Origin: Candidatus Nanoarchaeia archaeon
GTDB taxonomy: Archaea; Nanobdellota; Nanobdellia; Woesearchaeales; JANQNC01
Assembly: GCA_028279745.1 (NCBI GenBank)
Contig: JANQNC010000001.1
Location: 390,001-422,000, forward strand
Direction: 5' to 3'
Length of the DNA: 32,000 nucleotides
Shown here: positions 23,493-30,569 of the stretch, piece after piece
Layout: each line of letters opens with the position of its first letter
How positions within the stretch are numbered: position 1 is the first letter of the stretch
Position numbers and translations under genes: made by a program
Notes under the pieces: generated by a model
Databases searched by the model: none
Seen by the model: only the letters and a program-made list of their open reading frames with translations
Told to the model about the DNA's origin: nothing

Positions 23493-24128
23493 ATGGTAAG
23501 AAAGAAATGGTATTTTTGGAGTTTGCTACCTAGTCGTTTGAGGCACTTCAAAAAAAGCAAAGATGCTGCAAAAAAGAAAAAATTCTTGGAAAAGGTTAAA
23601 GAAAATTTTGTTAATGAAAGAAAAGACGACTTGTCTAACATGATAAAGAGATACAGTGAATTAAAAGATATTAAATTCATTTTTGTTGAAGGAGTTTTGA
23701 TGGACAAACTAAAACAATGTATTTATACTTACACTGAAGGTCGTTATTTGTCTACTATTTCTTTGTGTGGAATTATGGCGGAGGATGTGACAATAGATGT
23801 TTTCGTTTCGTCTACTATTAAAGCAAATAAAAATGTGCTTGGACAAAAGGCAAAAAGAGAAGCCTTTCGAACTCTGACGCAAGAGCACAGAACTAAATTC
23901 TTGTTTGATCTTAAGCTAATAGATGAAGAAACAGCAGGTAAGTTAAATGAGATAAGAATCAAAAGGAACTCTCATGTACATCCCAAAGGAGGAGTCTCTG
24001 AAAAAAAGGATTCTTTAACAATGCTTAATCTTTTAATAGATCTATTGCATAAGGTTTACCGACCAAATAAAATACCTTTTGATGTATTTCTGAAATCATT
24101 AGGCAAAGGTAAACAAGAAGAAGCATAA
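23493..24128 (+). CDS. alpha-helical DUF4145/HEPN-like protein with an Rx4H motif
   Basis: The tracked ORF starts at a TTG (23472) and the first ATG is at 23493. The recognisable domain starts at the ATG at 23700 (GGAG 7 nt upstream). Core: RYLSTISLCGIMAEDVTIDVF...KFLFDLKLIDEETAGKLNEIRIKRNSHVHP (R-x4-H at 23964-23981). The N-terminal boundary is uncertain. Confidence 0.5.
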   Translation: MVRKKWYFWSLLPSRLRHFKKSKDAAKKKKFLEKVKENFVNERKDDLSNMIKRYSELKDIKFIFVEGVLMDKLKQCIYTYTEGRYLSTISLCGIMAEDVTIDVFVSSTIKANKNVLGQKAKREAFRTLTQEHRTKFLFDLKLIDEETAGKLNEIRIKRNSHVHPKGGVSEKKDSLTMLNLLIDLLHKVYRPNKIPFDVFLKSLGKGKQEEA

Positions 24129-24131
24129 TCA

Positions 24132-25154
24132 TTATTTTTCGATTATATTCACTGCTTCATCTCGTGCATAACTCTCTCTCCATTCTTCATATAAATTATT
24201 TCTAACAATTCTGAAGATAACAACAATAACAAAGCCGAACTCTTTTTTATGCCTAGTAACTTGCCCAGTCAATCTATCTAATTCTGATTTATCTGGCTTT
24301 ATTTTTGTCTCTATTGGCACTTTTTTATCCACAACAATATCTGCATCACTCTCACCTTTTTCTTCTTTGACATCTTTAAAGAATTTTCTTAGATACTCTG
24401 ATAGTTCTGCCTTTTCTGCTTCTTCATACCTTCTTGTTTCAGAGGGATTCCATCCATTAATTATTTTTGTTACACCCTCAAATGTTGCTTCACTGATTGC
24501 AGACGGAAAAGCTGTTGTGGAAATGAATAAATCTGCCCCAACAACATGAATGGGCATTTTGCCCTCGTAAGAAGCAGAGTTATTAGGTTTTAACACAGAA
24601 TTATCTATTTTAAGAGGCAGAAAACCATCATTAACAAGCCTGCCAGTTTCTTCCTTAATGTGATAAGGCAATACATATTCTTGCTCTGTCGCATGTTTAA
24701 TATCTTCTTCTTTTGTAGCAATAAATTTGGACACTTTTGTCTTCCTATTTTCTACGCCTCTGAAATTATCATAATCGACGGATCTTTGGACTGCCAGTTC
24801 GTTTAACTTAAAGTAACTATAAACTCTCTGCAAATCACAAGCTACAAGAAAAAAATCAGTATTTAGCTCTAAAATAATTTTCTTTTCTTCCAAACAAACA
24901 ACCCACATCCTTGATGTAAGTATCTCCAGGAATCTTGAAAAAGCAAACCAGTATTCTTCATTCTCTAAAACTGTTCCTTCTTTGACAAAACTGAAAATCT
25001 TGTGTATTTTTGCTAATGTCTCTCTAAACTCTTCTTTATCAGGGGTCCTTGCAGTTTCAGAAAGTGAAGTGATAGCTTCATATCTATCTTTTACATCTTC
25101 AATAACCCATTTACCTTGTTCAAAAGAATCAAGGATTTTAGTCAAAATTTCCAT
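24132..25154 (-). CDS. protein with an unrecognised N-terminal domain and a C-terminal PD-(D/E)xK nuclease-like domain
   Basis: 340 aa. Residues 240-312 read RRYEEAEKAELSEYLRKFF...ESDADIVVDKKVPIETK...LDRLTGQV, giving helix-E, D272, E282-x-K284 and Q298 in the order typical of restriction-endonuclease-fold nucleases (~24219-24437). Confidence 0.6.
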   Translation of the reverse strand: MEILTKILDSFEQGKWVIEDVKDRYEAITSLSETARTPDKEEFRETLAKIHKIFSFVKEGTVLENEEYWFAFSRFLEILTSRMWVVCLEEKKIILELNTDFFLVACDLQRVYSYFKLNELAVQRSVDYDNFRGVENRKTKVSKFIATKEEDIKHATEQEYVLPYHIKEETGRLVNDGFLPLKIDNSVLKPNNSASYEGKMPIHVVGADLFISTTAFPSAISEATFEGVTKIINGWNPSETRRYEEAEKAELSEYLRKFFKDVKEEKGESDADIVVDKKVPIETKIKPDKSELDRLTGQVTRHKKEFGFVIVVIFRIVRNNLYEEWRESYARDEAVNIIEK

Positions 25155-25167
25155 TCTATAGTAGCAA

Positions 25168-25194
25168 AAGATTTATATATTGTATATAAATCTT
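25168..25194. promoter_or_regulatory. perfect 12-3-12 palindrome forming two outward-facing TATA boxes (bidirectional leaderless promoter)
   Basis: AAGATTTATATA-TTG-TATATAAATCTT. TTTATATA at 25172-25179 lies 26 nt from the ATG at 25205. Its mirror at 25183-25190 lies 29 nt from the ATG at 25154 (minus strand). Confidence 0.55.
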
Positions 25195-25204
25195 ATGCTC
25201 TATT

Positions 25205-26200
25205 ATGGGGGAAAAACCACTAATACAAAAAGACGGTGAACGAGTCATCATAACCCTTCCTAGTGAAGAAGTTGCAGATAGATGGTTTCATGGTTTACAA
25301 GAAACAGATTTTGAAGTCCTTGATGACGGCCAGTGCAGACATACTTATTCTGTGTGTATGATTAAATATTTTAACCCAGAAAAAACACCTGAAGAACTGC
25401 TAGATCTGATTTATAAAAAAGTTGAAGGATACATGAGTTATCTAGACCGTATGCCCTCCGACTATCCAAAGATAAGAGAGTTAGAGAAGAACCCCAAATT
25501 AGTCTCATTCAAGTTTAGTAAAACAAAGAACAAAATAATAAAAAAAGTGCAGTCCGGAATAGCTCTTAAGACACCATCAACAACATTTGATACAGCAGTT
25601 TACTTGACACAAGAAGAAGATTGCGTTTCGCTTCTTATTACAAACTTTAATAGTTCCAACGGAACTGCCCTTTTCAAGCTGAAAAATATGATGAGCTTGG
25701 CATCCAACGGGAATGAAAGGTATGTTAGTTTTAAGGATAAACTGGCTGAAATAGCCTTAAACTTTGATGTTCTAAGACATGTTGCATTTGATCCTGAGTA
25801 CCCTATTCCCCCAGATCTTATGCAAAAGATACAAGATGAGTACGGGGATGCTATAGATGTGGAGAATTTCAAGATATCCAACGAGCTGAAAGTAAAGAAA
25901 GATATTGGACGAACCTTAGATCTAAAATCATATCCCGAAATTAGGAGTATGCTTAAAGGATTGATAGGTCATGAAAGCATAACTACTATAATGGGAATCA
26001 AAAAAGGAACAACAGTCAAGATTGTAGAAGAATCGGGAGAGCCCATGAAAATAATTTTTTATCCATTAACCAAAGAAGTAATAACAAAAGGGGAATACCA
26101 GTATATCCTTGATTTCATAAAAGGTCTTGGTGGAGACACAACAGTCAAAAAAGAAGCATTGCAGACTTCTTTGTCGAATGTGTTTGAAGAAGAAAAATAA
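25205..26200 (+). CDS. hypothetical 331-aa protein (no recognised domain)
   Basis: Long ORF of non-repetitive composition with an ATG at leaderless distance from the palindromic TATA. It is divergent from the nuclease-like gene. Confidence 0.65.
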   Translation: MGEKPLIQKDGERVIITLPSEEVADRWFHGLQETDFEVLDDGQCRHTYSVCMIKYFNPEKTPEELLDLIYKKVEGYMSYLDRMPSDYPKIRELEKNPKLVSFKFSKTKNKIIKKVQSGIALKTPSTTFDTAVYLTQEEDCVSLLITNFNSSNGTALFKLKNMMSLASNGNERYVSFKDKLAEIALNFDVLRHVAFDPEYPIPPDLMQKIQDEYGDAIDVENFKISNELKVKKDIGRTLDLKSYPEIRSMLKGLIGHESITTIMGIKKGTTVKIVEESGEPMKIIFYPLTKEVITKGEYQYILDFIKGLGGDTTVKKEALQTSLSNVFEEEK

Positions 26201-26266
26201 TTCTACAAAAACTTTATAAATGAAATGCGAATCCCAGTAGTTAAACTGTCAAAATACAGGTTTTGG

Positions 26267-26275
26267 TTTATAAAT
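26267..26275 (+). promoter_or_regulatory. TTTATAAAT box upstream of rpl10e (second of two exact copies)
   Basis: Exact 9-mers sit at 26213-26221 and 26267-26275. The rpl10e ATG is at 26322. Confidence 0.35.
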
Positions 26276-26321
26276 AACCCAAAATGTATGTAAAAACGGC
26301 AGATAAAACTTATAAAAGAAA

Positions 26322-26846
26322 ATGGCAAGAATAAGGAAATTCGTAGCATATAGGAGATTAGAAAGACCTTACACAAGAATCTCTAAATTTAGAAAGAAGG
26401 CTTTCATTAGAGTTAATCCTAACATAAAAATCCCAAGATTTAATATGGGGAATGCAAAGAAAACATACAAAACATATTTACATTTAGTTTCTAAAGCAGA
26501 CTTAAACATAAGACATAACGCATTAGACGCAGCAAGAATGACATGTAATAGACTTTTAGAAAAAACATTAACAACAGCAAACTATCATCTACTAATCAGA
26601 ACTTATCCTCATCATGTAATGAGAGAAAATCCTCTAGCATCAGGAGCTGGAGCAGATAGAATGAGTACAGGGATGAAGGCTTCATTCGGGAAAGCTATAG
26701 GTATGGCAGCAAGAATAAAGAAAGGACAAGAAATCTTCACAGTTGGTGTTGACACAAAAGAAGGAGAAGAGACCGCAGTTGAAGCATTAAGAAGAGCAAG
26801 ACAAAAACTGCCAGCAGGATGCACCGTAACAATTGAAAGAAAATGA
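26322..26846 (+). CDS. rpl10e: 50S ribosomal protein uL16 (L10e)
   Basis: 174 aa. ARIRKFVAYRRLERPYTR...RFNMG...HLVS...IRHNALDAARMTCNR...MRENPLASGAGADRMSTGMK matches archaeal L10e. Confidence 0.92.
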   Translation: MARIRKFVAYRRLERPYTRISKFRKKAFIRVNPNIKIPRFNMGNAKKTYKTYLHLVSKADLNIRHNALDAARMTCNRLLEKTLTTANYHLLIRTYPHHVMRENPLASGAGADRMSTGMKASFGKAIGMAARIKKGQEIFTVGVDTKEGEETAVEALRRARQKLPAGCTVTIERK

Positions 26847-27895
26847 TGTTACAAGTTCTACCGTTGTTAGAACAACCGTTTCTACAAAATAAATATGCAC
26901 AAGCGTTAACAATAGTAATAATCACAATAGTTGCAGCAACAATATTCACACTATTACTAAAGTCAGTAGTAAGAATCTTCACAAAAAAGACAAAAACAGA
27001 ACTAGATGATATGCTGGTGGATAAACTAAAAGGACCTGCATGGTGGTTCATACTATTCATAGGATTACACTTTGCAATAATACCACTAAATCTACCGACA
27101 GAATATGATGGGAATATAACAAAATCCTTAATCATTCTAATAATTACAGTAATGGTAGCAAGAACACTAGATGTGTTAATAGACTTCTTCGGACAAAGGA
27201 TAACAAAAAGAACAAAATCATCATTAGATGATGAGTTATTACCAATAATACACAGAACATCAAGAATACTTATCTACGTAATGGGAATTTTAGTAATAAT
27301 ATCATCATGGGGAATAGAGATAGGGCCTATGCTAGCATCATTAGGTATAGCAGGAATAGCAATCGGGTTTGCGCTAAAAGATTCATTAGCAAACATCTTC
27401 GGAGGAATCTCTTTACTGATGGACAAGACATTCAAAAAAGGAGATGTAATCAGGCTAGAGAACGGAACGATGGGAATGGTTCATGATATAGGGCTGAGAA
27501 GCACAAGAATCAAAACATGGGACAATCAGATAGTAACAATACCAAACGGAAACCTATCAGTAACTCAAATAGAAAACTGGAAACAACCAGATCTAAGCAT
27601 AAGAATAACAATAGACTTTGGGGTTGAGTACGGAACTAAAATTGAAAAAGTAAGAAAATTAGTTATGGATTTAATCAAGAAAGACAAAGACATAGCAAAA
27701 GACCCAGAACCAAGAGTTTTATTTACAGAGATGGCAGATTCAGCATTACTGTTCAAAGCAAGATTCTTTGTTGAGGATATAGCGATAAAATTAGACACAG
27801 AAGACAGGATGAGAACTAAGATCTATGATGCATTAAACAAAGCAAAAATTGGGATACCTTTCCCACAACGAACAATACATCTTAAAAAAAGATAA
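26843..27895 (+). CDS. MscS-family mechanosensitive ion channel
   Basis: 350 aa with N-terminal TMs, then GIAGIAIGFALKDSLANIFGGISLLMDKTFKKGDVI...GMVHDIGLRSTRIKTWDNQIVTIPNGNL, the MscS pore helix and beta-domain signature. It overlaps rpl10e by an ATGA. Confidence 0.88.
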   Translation: MMLQVLPLLEQPFLQNKYAQALTIVIITIVAATIFTLLLKSVVRIFTKKTKTELDDMLVDKLKGPAWWFILFIGLHFAIIPLNLPTEYDGNITKSLIILIITVMVARTLDVLIDFFGQRITKRTKSSLDDELLPIIHRTSRILIYVMGILVIISSWGIEIGPMLASLGIAGIAIGFALKDSLANIFGGISLLMDKTFKKGDVIRLENGTMGMVHDIGLRSTRIKTWDNQIVTIPNGNLSVTQIENWKQPDLSIRITIDFGVEYGTKIEKVRKLVMDLIKKDKDIAKDPEPRVLFTEMADSALLFKARFFVEDIAIKLDTEDRMRTKIYDALNKAKIGIPFPQRTIHLKKR

Positions 27896-28540
27896 TCATA
27901 TCTTTCTTAAAACACGTTCAAGAGCATACTGTTTACCTTCCAACCTTTCTTTGATAACATTATCAAAATTCCTGAAAGGCATAAGCCTAACATACATAAA
28001 CCTCTCATCCTTGTAAAACGAATGAAAATAATTCTTCTTAATCTCCAAAATTTTCTCCCGAGTGATCACTTCTCTCTTCTGAAGCAAAAGATTCTTTAAA
28101 ATCTTAAGATCATTCCTAACTTGAAGGCCCTCAGCAAGGAACAAAGGCAAAGTCTGAGGTTTGGGCGTATAATTTTTACATTCTCTCTCTAAAGAACCCT
28201 TAAACAACTCTTCCTTCGAATCATAAATCTCAATAAATTGCTCAGGCTCTCCACCATGAACAGTGTTAAACATATCATAGATGTTTTCATTAACATTGAC
28301 AAACTTAACTTTTTTTCCTACATTCTGACATCTACTCTTGTAAAAATTGTTAACAGAACCAAAAAACCAGCTCTGAGCAATTACTATTCCTTCCATATCA
28401 TAAACACAACTCCAGTCAACAGCATTAGAAATATTTTGTATTGCCCTATTCAGCTCCATAGCTGCATTAAACTCTAAATTTTTACCAGACCCCGGTCTGA
28501 AAACAGTATAGGGACCTACAAGAGAGATATCAAGCGGCAT
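27896..28540 (-). CDS. STAS-like (anti-sigma-antagonist fold) domain protein with a ~100-aa C-terminal extension
   Basis: 214 aa. LEFNAAMELNRAIQN...VDWSCVYDMEGIVIAQSWFFGSVNNFYKSRCQNVGKKVKFVNVNENIYDMFNTVHG follows the STAS layout. A GGAGG Shine-Dalgarno lies inside the 3' end of the PP2C gene, with an 11-nt overlap. Motif-level call only. Confidence 0.45.
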   Translation of the reverse strand: MPLDISLVGPYTVFRPGSGKNLEFNAAMELNRAIQNISNAVDWSCVYDMEGIVIAQSWFFGSVNNFYKSRCQNVGKKVKFVNVNENIYDMFNTVHGGEPEQFIEIYDSKEELFKGSLERECKNYTPKPQTLPLFLAEGLQVRNDLKILKNLLLQKREVITREKILEIKKNYFHSFYKDERFMYVRLMPFRNFDNVIKERLEGKQYALERVLRKI

Positions 28541-30167
28541 CTTTTTTCCTCCTGTAAGTTGCTACGCAAGTAACATCATCTTCTGACTGTTCTGTGTAAT
28601 TCTCACGATTCTTCTTGAAGTACTCCAACATAGCCTGCGCAGAACCAAAAGTTTTGTTTTCAGGCTTATCAAAAATGTACCTCTTGAATAATTTACTGTC
28701 CTCATCAAAGCACTCATAAAAACCATCAGTAAACATAACTATATGATCATCATAACCAATATTAGTCAAACCATCCTGCCAATAAGCCTTATCATCTGGT
28801 ACAAAATCTAAGTGTAAAAATTTACCTCTTGGCTCTTTCAAAACTTCAAAAGAACTTGTCTCGTGCCTATAGATTGCTGGACTCTCATGCCCCCCAGAAC
28901 AATAAGAAAAATCTCCATTCTTCACGTTAAGAACACCGATGAAAGCAGTAAGATAAGTTTCTATATTACTAGGATGTGTGCTTTTAAGATCAAGGAAAAC
29001 ATTACGCATTACAGAAGACAACTTTTTGTCAACACCGAAGTGCTTCACAAAAAAAGTCTTTGCGGAAGAGGCAAACAAAGCAGCAGGACTACCATGACCA
29101 ACAACATCAAAAACAATATAACCCAAATTGTCATCATCCAACCTGAACACATCGTAACAATCACCGCCAATACCTTCCATCGGCTCATACAAAGAAGCAA
29201 AATCCCACCCCTCAACAGAAGGCAAACTAGAAGGAATCAAACCTTTCATGATATGTTTAGTCCTTGACAATTCATCTGATCTAATCATATCAATAGTCTT
29301 CAAAGCTTCCTCCTTGTTCTGAATATTAAAGTAGTTATCAATGGCTAAAGCAGAATGAGTTACTGCTCTTTTAATCACATAAAAATCCTCATCAGAGAAT
29401 GGGGTTTTCTTAGTCAGATGAAAATAACCCAACGGAATCTTAACTTTCTTACCTCCTTCAATCTTATAAGTTGAGAGCAATGCACTTAGATGAGCCTTGA
29501 TCTCAAATTTAGTTGTTTTACTAATTTTATCTTTAACAGCTTCTTTTATTTCTACATCAGACATATTCTGAAAAACAGGCCCGAAAACATTTCTCAACAC
29601 AGACTCATCAGCGGTATCACTAACGTAAACAAAATCACTTACATTAACAGTTAAGAAAGAACTCTGTTTAATATCCTCACCTAAAATCTTCAAGTCTTCA
29701 GTTGAAAACTTAGACTTAGATTTATCAATAATGTCTTCAATAGACTTTCCCATAAAAGAATTATAACTCAACCCCGCAAAATTTCTCACACCTCTTTTGA
29801 AAACGTTAATCTCAGAATGTACAAAATCACCAGTCACCCTGAAAATGTTTGCGATGTCTTCAAGAATGCCATTAATGTCCTGTCTCTTAACCATACTTTC
29901 AAGAGCAGAATCAAACACCTTGTTTGATTTAGTCAAAAGGTTAAGTTTTTTATTAAGCTCTAAGTTCTCTGTCTCAAGGGACTCTGCCCTTTGCTTATAG
30001 AGTGCATCCTTCTCAATAATCTGGTTATAGAAAACTTTCTTTTCCTCTTCAGACATATCTTCTCCAATCAAACTATCAAAACGAGAAGCTTTTTCTTCTA
30101 CAGAAAGGTTTGTGCCAACTAATAGATCATACTGCCTAGCTTTCTCTTCTATACTCATATCTGCCAT
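28530..30167 (-). CDS. SpoIIE/RsbU-type PP2C serine phosphatase with an N-terminal repeat/coiled-coil and sensor-like region
   Basis: 545 aa. The C-terminal domain has GIGGDCYDVF, VFDVVGHGSPAALFASS, IVMFTDGFYECF and EDDVTCV, the SpoIIE-family PP2C motif set. Confidence 0.85.
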   Translation of the reverse strand: MADMSIEEKARQYDLLVGTNLSVEEKASRFDSLIGEDMSEEEKKVFYNQIIEKDALYKQRAESLETENLELNKKLNLLTKSNKVFDSALESMVKRQDINGILEDIANIFRVTGDFVHSEINVFKRGVRNFAGLSYNSFMGKSIEDIIDKSKSKFSTEDLKILGEDIKQSSFLTVNVSDFVYVSDTADESVLRNVFGPVFQNMSDVEIKEAVKDKISKTTKFEIKAHLSALLSTYKIEGGKKVKIPLGYFHLTKKTPFSDEDFYVIKRAVTHSALAIDNYFNIQNKEEALKTIDMIRSDELSRTKHIMKGLIPSSLPSVEGWDFASLYEPMEGIGGDCYDVFRLDDDNLGYIVFDVVGHGSPAALFASSAKTFFVKHFGVDKKLSSVMRNVFLDLKSTHPSNIETYLTAFIGVLNVKNGDFSYCSGGHESPAIYRHETSSFEVLKEPRGKFLHLDFVPDDKAYWQDGLTNIGYDDHIVMFTDGFYECFDEDSKLFKRYIFDKPENKTFGSAQAMLEYFKKNRENYTEQSEDDVTCVATYRRKKDAA

Positions 30168-30320
30168 CTTACACCAAACCTCAAAGAAATTGAGGGTAAT
30201 AAATACCTCTTTTTAATTAAAATTTAAGATTACTAATATTTAAAGGTTACTCTAAAAATTTTCCGACTTTAATCTGTAAACAGTTATTAAGCAAAACTGC
30301 CTATAAAGAGTATAGAAAAA

Positions 30321-30328
30321 TTTAAATA
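30321..30328 (+). promoter_or_regulatory. TATA box (TTTAAATA) of the toxin-antitoxin pair
   Basis: It lies 38 nt upstream of the ATG at 30366, with a GGAG at 30355-30358. Confidence 0.35.
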
Positions 30329-30334
30329 AAATAA

Positions 30335-30354
30335 ATGATACTAATTGATATCAT
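30335..30354. promoter_or_regulatory. TGATA repeats / inverted repeat, candidate TA operator
   Basis: ATGATA-N8-TATCAT contains the internal palindrome TGATATCA (30346-30353). TGATA copies are spaced 10 bp apart. It lies between the TATA box and the SD. Confidence 0.3.
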
Positions 30355-30365
30355 GGAGTCAATAA

Positions 30366-30569
30366 ATGTTCGAGATAGAAATAAGCAAGCATGCTTTCCT
30401 ACAGGCAATAAAAAGAGATATAACTCCAGACTTAGTTGAAAACACATTACAAACAGGAAAACAAACAAGATTCGGAAAAAACTACATAAGATTCACCAGC
30501 AAAAAAATAAATTGTGTTGGGGAAATCAAAGGAATGAAAATAAAAATAATAACCATAACAAAAAAATGA
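30366..30569 (+). CDS. DUF4258-like small toxin
   Basis: 67 aa. ISKHAFLQAIKRDITPDLVENTLQTGK resembles the DUF4258 N-terminal helix motif (H..R..eR.I). It overlaps the next gene by an ATGA. Confidence 0.55.
   Translation: MFEIEISKHAFLQAIKRDITPDLVENTLQTGKQTRFGKNYIRFTSKKINCVGEIKGMKIKIITITKK

Noticed and set aside
23393-23707. 104-aa minus-strand ORF
   Set aside because: Its translation is F/L/S-rich and low in complexity. The frame stays open only because the opposite strand is purine-rich, and there is no promoter or SD context.
30180-30196. CCTCAA-AGAAA-TTGAGG hairpin whose minus-strand form would sequester the GAGG Shine-Dalgarno of the PP2C gene
   Set aside because: The stem is only 6 bp and AT-poor in context. 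The likely TSS, ~25 nt from the AT-rich box at ~30215-30228, may fall inside the hairpin, so the 5' arm may not be transcribed.
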